A stretch of 64,000 nt of DNA from NCBI GenBank assembly GCA_021324855.1, contig JAJPIG010000028.1, forward strand, positions 1,579 through 65,578, in the 5' to 3' direction. The DNA comes from Pseudomonadota bacterium. Its GTDB lineage: Bacteria; Desulfobacterota; Binatia; Binatales; Binataceae. Shown here in pieces: positions 50,671-60,067 of the stretch (position 1 is its first letter; each line of letters begins with the position of its first letter). The position numbers were made by a program, and so were the translations under genes. The notes beneath the pieces were generated by a model. It did no database searches and had not been told where the DNA came from. It worked only from the letters and a program-made list of their open reading frames with translations.

Positions 50671-51349
50671 CGGCAAACCCAAGAGTGGTTGCGTTTTTGC
50701 GACTTCTCGCGAACAAATATCCCGCCGCGATTCCGATTATCAGCCAGAACGTCAGCATGCTCGCGAGCGCCCGTATGATGAAAATCTGGTCGATAGCCGC
50801 AAGCGCCTGCGACGACGTGTGCGCCGGGGCAATCGGCAGCACGGTTCGAAATACCATCGGCGCCAGCGCAATAACCAAAATGCCGGCAAGCCTGGCCGGA
50901 CCCCTGGCCCTATAAATCGCGGCGATACCGACAATGGCCGATACCGCGGCCGCCAGCCATCCGATTTGCCTGAGCAGGAGCGGCGCCACCTCCATTCCGG
51001 GCACCGCCGGAGGCACGACCATCGCCGGCGCCGCGTGGAACACGGCAAAACCGGCGGCGCCGAAAAGCAAACCGGCCAGCCATCCTTCCCTGCCGGTCAG
51101 GGCGAAGACTCCGGTCAGAATCAGACCGAATCCAATTCCCACAAATACGTCGCCGAGCAATGTCGACAGCGAGCGCATCGGTTCACTCGCGAACGGATCG
51201 GGCGCCGATTCGTTGCTCATCGCCTTCTCGAAGGTTTCCGCCTTGTGGATCACCGGCAGAGTCAACGACCGTTGGACCAGGAACAGGCACAAGCCTGCGA
51301 ACACGCCGGCGATAAGCGCGGTCGAAATCATGCGGGAAAGCATGCGCAC
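50657..51349 (-). CDS. cbtA: Predicted cobalt transporter subunit CbtA
   Basis: Multiple TM, P.I..AE.FE, PP.VPG, RQ..W; directly after cbtB in the cob operon. Confidence 0.85.
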   Translation of the reverse strand: MRMLSRMISTALIAGVFAGLCLFLVQRSLTLPVIHKAETFEKAMSNESAPDPFASEPMRSLSTLLGDVFVGIGFGLILTGVFALTGREGWLAGLLFGAAGFAVFHAAPAMVVPPAVPGMEVAPLLLRQIGWLAAAVSAIVGIAAIYRARGPARLAGILVIALAPMVFRTVLPIAPAHTSSQALAAIDQIFIIRALASMLTFWLIIGIAAGYLFARSRKNATTLGFADGRT

Positions 51350-51562
51350 TCAGTGGCAGGGAAATCCCGCGGCGTGCCGGACATCATGCGCCGCCGCATG
51401 GAGAAGATCGGAGTGTGAAAATCCGACGACGAAGATTATCGCGGCTCCCAGCGTAATCGCCGCCATCGCCGCAATCATCGCCTTCGCAGTAGTCCCGATT
51501 CGGAGCTCCGCGTCTGCCCGAGTCTTCGCGATGCCCGAAACAGCCGATCTGCTGTTCACCAT
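51350..51562 (-). CDS. cbtB: Predicted cobalt transporter subunit CbtB
   Basis: One TM plus LHAAAHDVRHAAGFPCH C-terminal signature; SD GAGGAG. Confidence 0.92.
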   Translation of the reverse strand: MVNSRSAVSGIAKTRADAELRIGTTAKAMIAAMAAITLGAAIIFVVGFSHSDLLHAAAHDVRHAAGFPCH

Positions 51563-51605
51563 TTTCTTCTCCTCTTTGAAAGCCGTCCGTTGGCGAGCGG
51601 CGGAT

Positions 51606-52997
51606 TCACCCGTTTGTTTTTCCGCCGGCATGAACGCACGCCTCCACCATCGCCTGCGCCATGGTTGGATTCGACGCCCAGTGCGCGTGCACGTAGGAGG
51701 CGATAACGTTGTTCAGGCTAAAGCCCTCTTCGATCTCGGCGCCATCGCGTCTGCGCCGAATTGCAAAGGCTGGCGCTGTATTCCTCGACAGTGATTCGAG
51801 CCTGGAATATCGGAATTGATGGCCGCGAAAACCAAGTCCGGCAGGGCCGAGAATTGAGTCGTTCAGCGTCCGGGCTTCAACGTAGCCAAGCGCCTGCAGG
51901 CGTTCGCACATGATAGTCCGCGCCGGCACGACGCCGCACATCCGGTAAATACTTCCGTCCAGCGTCTGGAGCTCGGAACACAGGTACATCAGCCCGCCGC
52001 ATTCGGCGTAGATTACGCCGCCTCGCGCGGCAAACTCGGCGATCTGCTCTCTCATCGCGGCGTTGCGTTCAAGTTCGGCCGCATGCGCCTCGGGATAGCC
52101 GCCGCCCAGGTAGAGCCCGTCGACGACGGGCAATCGAACATCACGTATCGGAGAGAATCGAATCAGTCGTGCGCCTGCATTCTCAAGCCGCGTAAGATTA
52201 TCCTCGTAGTAAAAATGGAAGGCCTCGTCGTAGGCGACGCCGATGGCACATTTGCTTTTGCGTCGGATTGCCTGGGCGATCAGAGCATCGGTTTGCAGAG
52301 TTCCGGCTTTTGCCGCGAGCGAGATTATTTCGTCGAGATCGCACCATTCGTTGACAAGCTCGCCCCATCGCGAGAACAGCGCGTCAGCGACAGCAAGCTC
52401 ATCGGCGCTTCGCAGGCCAAGGTGCCGCTCCGGGAATTCCGCCGACGCCTCTTTCGGCAGCCCTCCAATCACTGGCGGGTGAGCGGACGCTTCCCGCAGG
52501 ATCTCAAGATGCCCTTTGCTTCCGACGCGATTGCAGATTAGCGCGACAACCCGCAATTCGCGGTCGAACTCGGCAAACCCGCGCCCCACGGCAGCGATTG
52601 AACCGGCCATCCCAGAGGCGTCAGCCACCAGCAGCACTGGCGCCTCAAGCCATTTTGCGATTTCCGCCGTCGATCCGCTCTGGTCAGTCGCCGACGCTCC
52701 GTCAAACAGGCCCATGACGCCTTCGATGATCGCGATATCGGCTCCAACTGAAGCCCGCACGAAAGTGGAAACAACCGCCTCGCGGCCCATCATCCAGCCG
52801 TCGAGGTTGTGCGAAGTCGCACCAGCGGCGCGTGCGTGATAGGTCGGATCCAAATAGTCCGGGCCGCATTTGAAGACCGCGACCTTCAACCCGCGCGAGC
52901 GAAGCGCGCGCACAAGTCCCACGGTGAAAGTGGTCTTGCCGACGCCGCTCGACGTGCCCGCGACGACGATCCGCGGTATTACAATTTCAGACCTCAT
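51606..52997 (-). CDS. cbiA: Cobyrinate a,c-diamide synthase (CbiA/CobB)
   Basis: SGVGKT, FKCGPDYLDP, EGVMGLFDG, ERHLGL, AFHFYY, GGGYPE, AECGGLMYL. Confidence 0.96.
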   Translation of the reverse strand: MRSEIVIPRIVVAGTSSGVGKTTFTVGLVRALRSRGLKVAVFKCGPDYLDPTYHARAAGATSHNLDGWMMGREAVVSTFVRASVGADIAIIEGVMGLFDGASATDQSGSTAEIAKWLEAPVLLVADASGMAGSIAAVGRGFAEFDRELRVVALICNRVGSKGHLEILREASAHPPVIGGLPKEASAEFPERHLGLRSADELAVADALFSRWGELVNEWCDLDEIISLAAKAGTLQTDALIAQAIRRKSKCAIGVAYDEAFHFYYEDNLTRLENAGARLIRFSPIRDVRLPVVDGLYLGGGYPEAHAAELERNAAMREQIAEFAARGGVIYAECGGLMYLCSELQTLDGSIYRMCGVVPARTIMCERLQALGYVEARTLNDSILGPAGLGFRGHQFRYSRLESLSRNTAPAFAIRRRRDGAEIEEGFSLNNVIASYVHAHWASNPTMAQAMVEACVHAGGKTNG

Positions 52998-54206
52998 TCA
53001 CCAGCTCACTCGGTTTTTAAGCTTCCCGTTCGCGGCGCGCGTCAGTTCAAGATTGGGAGCCACAAGCTTGCGAAGAGCCTGGATCGTGTTGGAAACCGCC
53101 GATTCGATACTATTAGCCCGCAGAGACAACACCTTTTGTGCTCCATGAAGCCGGGCAGCCGCTTCAGTCGTGGGGCCAAACGCAAGCATGGGAACAGCGC
53201 TCAATAACTTTCCGTTTTCCCCGCTGAGCAACCGGCGCGCTGCGCTTGAATTGGGAAGTACAATCAATTCGGGAAGTTCCCCGTCGGGTGCCTCCGTCCT
53301 GCACCAGTACTTGCAGGCGGGTATTCCTTGCTCCCACGCAGAATCAGGCGCAGCGCCGTCAGCATTGCCGCCGACCGCCACTCCCGGCCTCTCGAGTACG
53401 TAGGCGCCCAAGGCGCGAAGCTGAGCGGCGATCTTTGAAGGTCCCGGACCGGCGAGCGCGACGAGCACGCGGCGCCCCCGCAGCGGCATCTTTTCCAGCC
53501 ACAGGATTCGATCGCGCAGCGACACCACACTGCCCACGATGACCAGTGCGGGGTCGGACCGGCGCTTGGGCTCGACTTTGTCCGCAAGATTGGCCAGCGT
53601 TCCCGAAATCACAAGCTGTTTTGGCGTGGTGGCCGCCGCAATGTATGCCGCGGGTGTTGACGGGTCGTAGCCATCGGCAATCAGGCGGTCGAGGTTTTCC
53701 TTCAGCCGGTGGGCGGCCATGTACAGGACGACAGTTTCATGCGCGGGACCGGCGGGCTCCGCGCGATGGCCGGTTGCGAAAGTTACCCGCGGCGCGTGGC
53801 AGCGATGGGTCAGAGGGATGCCTGCGTAAGCGGCCGCACCCAAGGCTGCGGACACACCGGGGACAATTTCAAACGGAATCCCGGCGTCGGCCAATTCCTC
53901 GGCCTCCTCCGCGCCGCGGCCGAAGATCAACGGGTCGCCGGACTTCAACCGCACCACCACGCGCCCCGCCCGCGCGCGCTCGAGCACGAGCGGATGGAGA
54001 CGATAATCGATCTTTCCGCGCCCGTGCCGGCGGCCCACCGCGAGCAGCTCGGCGCCGGATGAAATGAGTGCAAGTATCTCCGGCGATACCAATTCGTCAT
54101 GGGCGACAACCTGCGCCGAGCGAATCAGTTCAAACGCTCGAAGGGTGAGCAGGTTCGGATCGCCCGGACCCGCGCCGACGAGATATACGATGCCCTGCGC
54201 GGACAT
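52998..54206 (-). CDS. cobA: Uroporphyrinogen-III C-methyltransferase with shortened HemD-like C-terminal domain
   Basis: VGAGPGDP.LLTL, RLKSGDP.IFGRG.EE, VPGVS; C-terminal LRGRRVLV...LRALGA and ..NSSAA...FGPTT segments. Confidence 0.88.
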   Translation of the reverse strand: MSAQGIVYLVGAGPGDPNLLTLRAFELIRSAQVVAHDELVSPEILALISSGAELLAVGRRHGRGKIDYRLHPLVLERARAGRVVVRLKSGDPLIFGRGAEEAEELADAGIPFEIVPGVSAALGAAAYAGIPLTHRCHAPRVTFATGHRAEPAGPAHETVVLYMAAHRLKENLDRLIADGYDPSTPAAYIAAATTPKQLVISGTLANLADKVEPKRRSDPALVIVGSVVSLRDRILWLEKMPLRGRRVLVALAGPGPSKIAAQLRALGAYVLERPGVAVGGNADGAAPDSAWEQGIPACKYWCRTEAPDGELPELIVLPNSSAARRLLSGENGKLLSAVPMLAFGPTTEAAARLHGAQKVLSLRANSIESAVSNTIQALRKLVAPNLELTRAANGKLKNRVSW

Positions 54207-54212
54207 TGGCGG

Positions 54213-54980
54213 TTACCCTGCTTTGACCTTCGCCCTGCGGAAACGATGGCTGAAGTCGGGGGCGTACAGGCGTGAATCGGCAAAATCCGTGGCGGTGAGC
54301 GTTCGGCCCACGATGATTATCGACTGTGTCTTTATCCCCGCCCGCCTGACCCGCTCCAGGATGTCTTTGAGCGTGCCAAGCACTATCTTCTGTTCAGGGC
54401 ACGTGGCCTTGTAAACGACGGCGACCGGGCAATCTGCGCCGTATTCGGGAATCAGCGACTCGCAGACTTCGCGCAACAATGTGATGCTTAGGAAAAGAGC
54501 CAGGGTTGCGTGATGGCGCGCAAGATCGCGAAGTTTCTCGCCCTCGGGCATCGGCGTTCGCCCCTCGGCCCGCGTCAAAATCACGGTCTGGCTGAGTTCA
54601 GGCAGGGTCAGCTCCCGGCGCAACGCCGCGGCCGCCGCGCTGAAGGACGACACGCCAGGCACCACCTCGTATTCAATCCCCAGCCGATCCATTCGCCGCA
54701 TCTGCTCCGCGGTCGAGCCAAAGATCAGCGGATCGCCGGTATGAACCCGGGCTACATCCTGACCGGCATCTCGAGCGGCCACGATTACTTCGATAATTTC
54801 ATCCAGCGTCATTCCTGAGGAGTCGATCACGGCGGCGTCGGCCCGGGCCATCGCGATTACGTCGCGCGGCACCAGCGAGCCGGTGTAGAGCACCACCGGG
54901 CAGGACGAGATCAGCTCAGCCGCGCGGATCGTCAGCAGCTTGGGGTCGCCCGGACCGGCGCCGATGATGTAAACCTTCAT
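54213..54980 (-). CDS. cbiF: Cobalt-precorrin-4 C11-methyltransferase (CbiF/CobM)
   Basis: IGAGPGDP, YTGSLV, RVHTGDP, ELTLPELSQTVILTR, SRLY...FSH.FR. Confidence 0.95.
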   Translation of the reverse strand: MKVYIIGAGPGDPKLLTIRAAELISSCPVVLYTGSLVPRDVIAMARADAAVIDSSGMTLDEIIEVIVAARDAGQDVARVHTGDPLIFGSTAEQMRRMDRLGIEYEVVPGVSSFSAAAAALRRELTLPELSQTVILTRAEGRTPMPEGEKLRDLARHHATLALFLSITLLREVCESLIPEYGADCPVAVVYKATCPEQKIVLGTLKDILERVRRAGIKTQSIIIVGRTLTATDFADSRLYAPDFSHRFRRAKVKAG

Positions 54981-54988
54981 CGTTCCTC

Positions 54989-55405
54989 CTAAAGGCAGCG
55001 CAGCACCGTATCCCGGACGATGTTCCAGATCGGCGCGGGAATCTCACCCAGCCAGCGCACATCGACGGGCTGCTTCAGAGGGAACTCCGCCTGTCCGCTC
55101 GGATCCATCAACAGACGCCACAGCCGCTCGCTGACCGAACCATTGCGCTCGATAAGCAAGCGCTCAGCAAGCGTGGCAGCCAGCGATTCGTCCTCCAGAT
55201 CGAGCGTCAGGCAGGGCGGGGATATCTCGACCGGGCGCCGTGGAGTCAATGCAATGTAAGGACGCTTGAGCGCGTCGATTGCCTCGGGCGGCTCGAAGCC
55301 GGCAGCTTCGAAATCGCATGGCTCCTTCGTATTCCCGATCAGAAAGAACCTGCCGCCAGTCTCGGCGAGAATCGCGCCGGCCAATCGTCCAACCCGAGCC
55401 ATCAT
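54989..55405 (-). CDS. Hypothetical protein within the cob operon
   Basis: 138 aa; overlaps the cbiH stop and ends 8 nt before cbiF; GNTKEPC, ERNGSVSERLW, C-terminal RCL. Confidence 0.8.
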   Translation of the reverse strand: MMARVGRLAGAILAETGGRFFLIGNTKEPCDFEAAGFEPPEAIDALKRPYIALTPRRPVEISPPCLTLDLEDESLAATLAERLLIERNGSVSERLWRLLMDPSGQAEFPLKQPVDVRWLGEIPAPIWNIVRDTVLRCL

Positions 55406-56247
55406 TCAACCTCCGGATGGTCGGCCGGCGGTTCCAGCACCAGAGAACGGCCCGGCCGTTGACCCGGCAGTGGGTTGCCGTCGGCGGTGTATTTGTTCGA
55501 ATAGCCGCGCGGCGTAACCATGTAACCCTCAAACACGAAAGTGTTGCTTGATCCCACGATCACCGTGGTGAGCATCCCGATCTCGTAGTCGAGAAAATGG
55601 CTGAGATCGGTAAGCACAGTTTGCTGCAGCTTCCGATATGCGCTCTTCACAAGCGCGACCGGCGCTGTCGGCTGACGATACTTGCTGATTATTGAATGCG
55701 CTTCGACGATCTGGCGCGTGCGCCGGCCGCTTGCCGGATTGTAAAGTCCAATCACGAAATCGGCGGCCGCTGCCGCTTCGATTCGGCGCGCGATCACAGG
55801 CCACGGCGTCAGCAGATCCGACAGCGAGATGGCGCAGAAATCGTGGACCAGCGGCGCGCCCATCAGCGAGGCGCACGAACTGAGCGCAGTGATGCCGGGT
55901 ATGATTTGCAGCTCGGGCGAATCGCCGCGTTTCCATCCGATATCGCGCAGCACCTGGAACACCAGCCCAGCCATCCCGTACACGCCGGCGTCGCCCGACG
56001 AAATCAAAGCCACCCTGGCGCCTGCTCGCGCGCGTTCGACCGCCGCCCGCGCCCTGCCAATCTCCTCCGTCATCCCCGTGCGCACGATCTCTTTGCCGCG
56101 AATCAGATCGGCCACAAGCTTGATGTAGGTCGTGTAGCCAACAATCAACTCAGCGTCGGCAATCGCACGGGTTGCGGCAGTAGTCGCGTGGTCGTGCGCA
56201 CCCGGCCCAATTCCTACGACGTACAGAACGCCCTTGGCTTCAGACAT
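55402..56247 (-). CDS. cbiH: Cobalt-precorrin-3 C17-methyltransferase (CbiH/CobJ)
   Basis: VVGIGPG, VGYTTY, SSGDAGVYGMA, HDFCAISLSDLLTPW, LYNP.S, TPRGY. Confidence 0.96.
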   Translation of the reverse strand: MSEAKGVLYVVGIGPGAHDHATTAATRAIADAELIVGYTTYIKLVADLIRGKEIVRTGMTEEIGRARAAVERARAGARVALISSGDAGVYGMAGLVFQVLRDIGWKRGDSPELQIIPGITALSSCASLMGAPLVHDFCAISLSDLLTPWPVIARRIEAAAAADFVIGLYNPASGRRTRQIVEAHSIISKYRQPTAPVALVKSAYRKLQQTVLTDLSHFLDYEIGMLTTVIVGSSNTFVFEGYMVTPRGYSNKYTADGNPLPGQRPGRSLVLEPPADHPEVE

Positions 56248-57394
56248 CGGCAACCTCCATAGGTCGCTTTGCGAACGGGATGCGCGCAATTGCTACCGTC
56301 ATCGAGCGCCCGGCGCCCGGCTCGGTATAGACCTGCTTGGGAACGAGCAGCCGCTCGGCGCCGGCTCCGAGCAGCGCCGCGGGTTCTGCTACGCCGCGGG
56401 TGCCGACGTAACGCCTGACGGTTTCGGAAGGGTTCTCAATTCCCGGTACGGCGTCGAGCTCGTCGGCCGAATGGAATTCGAGCGGCCATCCGTGACGCTC
56501 GGCGAGCGCCGCGATCGCCGGCTCGCCGCGCTTTTTGTCGATAGTGACGAGCGTCCTCACCGATTTGAGCGAAAGCCGATTGGCTTCGAACGCCTTCGCG
56601 ACCCCCCTCTCCACCAGCTCTTGCGGCGTGTTTTTGTCGCAACCGATTCCGACCACGAGGCTCCTCGGGCGATAGATCACCGCCTTTCCCCAGTGTCGCG
56701 GATGCGTCTGGCGAAAATCGCGGTCTGAGGCGACCAGGAGAATCTCGAACGCGCACGGGTCAACGTCGTCCAGGCTCGTTGAGTAGCGAACCCCGGGCGG
56801 CAACGGCCGATCCAACGGCCACCAGTCGGGTTCTCCGGTTTCTTGCACGAACATTACCGGCGCGGCGTTGACCACGGCGGCGCATCCGCGTGTCACGTTG
56901 CGATCGGGATCGTCGAGCGTCCAGCCCAGCTCACGTCCGAGGATGTCCACCGTGAGGGTGCCAATCGCGTCGGAGGCGGTCGTGACCACGGCTTGGGCAC
57001 TCAGCGCGACGGCGACACGCTCGGTGAAAACGTTGCCGCGCCCGACGTGCCCGGAAAGGACGCAGACGGCGAAGCGCGCGCCGTCGTCCACGCAAATCAC
57101 GGCCGGGTCGGTCTTCTTGTCGCGCATGAGCGGCGCGAGCATCCTTACCACTGCGCCGATGCTGACGATGAACACGTGGCAGTCATAAGCGAAGAATGTT
57201 TCGGCAAGCGCCGGCCCCATCGGCAGCTTCAGCGCCAGGGCGTTCACCATCCGGGGGTCCTCGCGCGCCGCCGACAGCAGTTTTTCCGAAACGTAGATGT
57301 CGGCGTCAGTGAGGGACTGTGCCAGCCGGGCGGCGATTTCCAGCCCATGGCGGGTAATGGCGTAAATTGCAAAAGGCTTGCGCGGCACCTTCAT
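56240..57394 (-). CDS. cbiG: Cobalt-precorrin-5A hydrolase
   Basis: GAVVR..AP...K..DPAV, LSGHVG..N, VTTASD, VVGIGC, GVAEPAAL. Confidence 0.93.
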   Translation of the reverse strand: MKVPRKPFAIYAITRHGLEIAARLAQSLTDADIYVSEKLLSAAREDPRMVNALALKLPMGPALAETFFAYDCHVFIVSIGAVVRMLAPLMRDKKTDPAVICVDDGARFAVCVLSGHVGRGNVFTERVAVALSAQAVVTTASDAIGTLTVDILGRELGWTLDDPDRNVTRGCAAVVNAAPVMFVQETGEPDWWPLDRPLPPGVRYSTSLDDVDPCAFEILLVASDRDFRQTHPRHWGKAVIYRPRSLVVGIGCDKNTPQELVERGVAKAFEANRLSLKSVRTLVTIDKKRGEPAIAALAERHGWPLEFHSADELDAVPGIENPSETVRRYVGTRGVAEPAALLGAGAERLLVPKQVYTEPGAGRSMTVAIARIPFAKRPMEVADV

Positions 57395-58170
57395 CCCACT
57401 TGCGGCTGCGCCAATACGGCATTCGGAGAGACCTCGCCTGCAAGCACGCCGCTGCGCTCGCGGCGCGTGACCACCACCATCGCGAAGCAGTCGCCGCGCT
57501 CGGTGCAAACCTCTTGCAGGTCGGCGGCGACTCTCTGCTCCGGCATCGTGGCCTTGGCCACGTAGGCCGCTTTGTGCAGAAGCCCCGTGCGCTTCAGTGC
57601 GTCGACGATCTTCGGCATCTCGGAGCCGATTTTCATGAGAATCGTCGTATCGAAGCTGTTCAGGATGGTGACCAGATCATCGACGCCGTAGTTCGCCGGA
57701 ATAATTGCAATTCGCTCCAGCCCATCGGCGAGCGGGACACCGAGCACGGCGGGCACGGCGGCTATTGATGACACGCCGGGAACCACTTCGACGCGAATGC
57801 CCGGCCATCGACGCTGCGCCTCGCACAGTAGGTAGCCGAACGTGCTGTACAATGAGGGATCGCCCTCGGTGGCGAACGCAACGGAGCGGCCGTTTTCAAG
57901 CCGTTCGCCGATTTTGGCAAAAGCAGTGTCCCACGCCTGACGCAGCCGCACTGGTTCCTTGCTCATCGGGAAGGTTAGAAAAAGTCGTTCCTGATCACTC
58001 CTTTTGCCGATGACCGGTTCGATTATTCGCCAGGCCATCGACGCGCCGTAATCCGAGCTGCGTGGCAGTGCAATAACGTCGGCATGCTTGAGCGTTTCGA
58101 TCGCGCGGAGAGTTAGAAGGTCCGGCGCACCGGGGCCAACCCCGACGCCATACAGCGTTCCATATCTCAT
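57391..58170 (-). CDS. cbiL: Cobalt-precorrin-2 C20-methyltransferase (CbiL/CobI)
   Basis: LYGVGVGPG, FPM, TEGDPSLYSTF, VPGVSS, LMK. Confidence 0.94.
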   Translation of the reverse strand: MRYGTLYGVGVGPGAPDLLTLRAIETLKHADVIALPRSSDYGASMAWRIIEPVIGKRSDQERLFLTFPMSKEPVRLRQAWDTAFAKIGERLENGRSVAFATEGDPSLYSTFGYLLCEAQRRWPGIRVEVVPGVSSIAAVPAVLGVPLADGLERIAIIPANYGVDDLVTILNSFDTTILMKIGSEMPKIVDALKRTGLLHKAAYVAKATMPEQRVAADLQEVCTERGDCFAMVVVTRRERSGVLAGEVSPNAVLAQPQVG

Positions 58171-59420
58171 AGCGAGCTGCCTCCGGTTGATGGTTTTTCG
58201 GCGGCGAATATCTGGATCGGATTGAGCGCCTCAAAACGTAGATAGCGGGCAAGCGGTTGAGCGCGCGAAACCTGCAGCAGAGTCACCTCCGGAACGATCC
58301 CGCGCTTTCGCAAGGCGGCATGGATCTCCGCTGAGTTTTCCAGCGTGATTGCGTTTGCCACTAGTCGGCCGCCGGGACGCAACCGCTCCAGTGCGGTTTC
58401 AACGATCTCGTCCATGCTTCCCTTGCTTCCGCCGACAAACACGGCATCGGGCGCTTCGATATCGGCAAGAACTTCCGGGGCGCGTCCGGCGATCACGCGG
58501 ACATTGTCAATCGCATGGGCGCGCAGATTCTCGCGGCAGATTTCAACCCCCTCAGGATCCATTTCAATCGCGTACACACGTCCGTGTGGCGCAAGCATCG
58601 CCGCCTCTATCGAAACCGAGCCCGAGCCGGCTCCAATATCCCAGACCACGCTGTCGCACCGTATCCGCATCGCGGCCAGCGAAAGCAACCGCACCTCGCG
58701 CTTTGTGATGAGGCCTTTTTTTGGCATGCGCTTGGCGAAGTCATCCTCATGGATGAAGGGAATCGCCGGCGGGGGCGTCCAAGCCGGCTCTTCGCGGACA
58801 AGGAGCAAGACATTGAGCGGCTCGATATCCATACAGTTGGCTAGTTCGTTGATTGAAAACGTCCTGACCCGTTCGTCGGGGCCGGCGAGATTTTCGCAAA
58901 CCCAGGCCCGCCACCCGGTCTGACCGTGCTCAAGCATCGAGGCCGCGAGGCGCGCCGGCGTGTTCTCGGGATCGGTGAAAACGCCGGCCTTGGCGCAGTT
59001 TCGAAGACGTGTAAGAAAGCCCTCCGGGCTTCGTCCGTGCAGGGAGATGAAAACCGCGTCGTCCCATTTCATCCCGGCGCGAGCGAATGCCCATTGCATC
59101 GAGCTTGGATGGGGCAGTATCTCCACGTTCTCCGCGCCGAGCCGCTTTATCACCGCGGCCCCAACGCCGAAGAACATTGGATCGCCGGAAGCGAGAATGC
59201 AGACGTTGTTCTCGTTGGCGGCTTCGGCGATGGATTCGAGCGCGCGCGCCAAGCCATCCTTGAGAACGATCCGTTCGCCCTCGAATTGGGGAAAAAATGC
59301 GAGATGCCGCTCGCCGCCCGCGAGTACACGCGCGGCCGACACCGCGCCGATCGCGCGGCTCGACAGCCCAGCGCAGCCATCGTCGCCGATTCCCACAATG
59401 GTGATTGGACGCTGCCTCAT
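58167..59420 (-). CDS. cbiET: Bifunctional cobalt-precorrin-7 C5-/6B C15-methyltransferase (CbiET/CobL)
   Basis: VGIG, GGERHL, LASGDP.FFG, SLHGR, TKREVR, WDIGAGSGSV, PDAVFVGG. Confidence 0.94.
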   Translation of the reverse strand: MRQRPITIVGIGDDGCAGLSSRAIGAVSAARVLAGGERHLAFFPQFEGERIVLKDGLARALESIAEAANENNVCILASGDPMFFGVGAAVIKRLGAENVEILPHPSSMQWAFARAGMKWDDAVFISLHGRSPEGFLTRLRNCAKAGVFTDPENTPARLAASMLEHGQTGWRAWVCENLAGPDERVRTFSINELANCMDIEPLNVLLLVREEPAWTPPPAIPFIHEDDFAKRMPKKGLITKREVRLLSLAAMRIRCDSVVWDIGAGSGSVSIEAAMLAPHGRVYAIEMDPEGVEICRENLRAHAIDNVRVIAGRAPEVLADIEAPDAVFVGGSKGSMDEIVETALERLRPGGRLVANAITLENSAEIHAALRKRGIVPEVTLLQVSRAQPLARYLRFEALNPIQIFAAEKPSTGGSSL

Positions 59421-60067
59421 TGCTCGGTCTCCCTGGCAAGAAGGAGAAGCGCGTGAATTATCGCAACCGCGATCGCGCTGCCGCCCTTGCGTCCGCGCGC
59501 GACGATATGTGGAACGTCAAGGCCGAGGGCGGCCTCTTTGGACTCGGCCGCCGACACGAAACCGACGGGCACGCCAATTACCAGCGCCGGGCGGATTCCT
59601 TCCTTCTCGACCAGCCGAACGGTCTCGAGCAGCGCCGTGGGCGCGTTGCCGATAGCGACGATCGCGCCATCGAGGACGCCCTGGCGCTGCGCCTTGCGCA
59701 TCGCCTCTATCGCGCGGGTGCTGTTATTGGCTTTCGCCGCGGCGATTACGTCATCGTCGGAGATGAAGCAGTGCGTCGAGCATCCGTAAAACTTCAGACG
59801 ATCCTCGTTGAGACCGGCGGTGATCATTTTGACGTCCACTACGATCGGGGCGCCGCCGCGTAGCGCCGCCGTGCCCGCGCTGATGGCGTCGGGATGAAAA
59901 CGCATCAAATCCTTGAACTCGAAATCCGCGGTAGCATGAATGACCCGACGGACGATCTGCCATTGCGCGGGGTCGAAGTCGTGGCGGCCCGCTTCGCGGT
60001 CGATGATGGCGAAACTACCATCTTCGATGTTGCGACCCAGCGCGGTCATCTGACGCATATCGCTCAT
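59417..60067 (-). CDS. cbiC: Cobalt-precorrin-8 methylmutase (CbiC/CobH)
   Basis: IE..SF.II, RVIHATAD, IGNAPTAL, PVGFV.AAESK, GRKGGS. Confidence 0.96.
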   Translation of the reverse strand: MSDMRQMTALGRNIEDGSFAIIDREAGRHDFDPAQWQIVRRVIHATADFEFKDLMRFHPDAISAGTAALRGGAPIVVDVKMITAGLNEDRLKFYGCSTHCFISDDDVIAAAKANNSTRAIEAMRKAQRQGVLDGAIVAIGNAPTALLETVRLVEKEGIRPALVIGVPVGFVSAAESKEAALGLDVPHIVARGRKGGSAIAVAIIHALLLLARETEQ

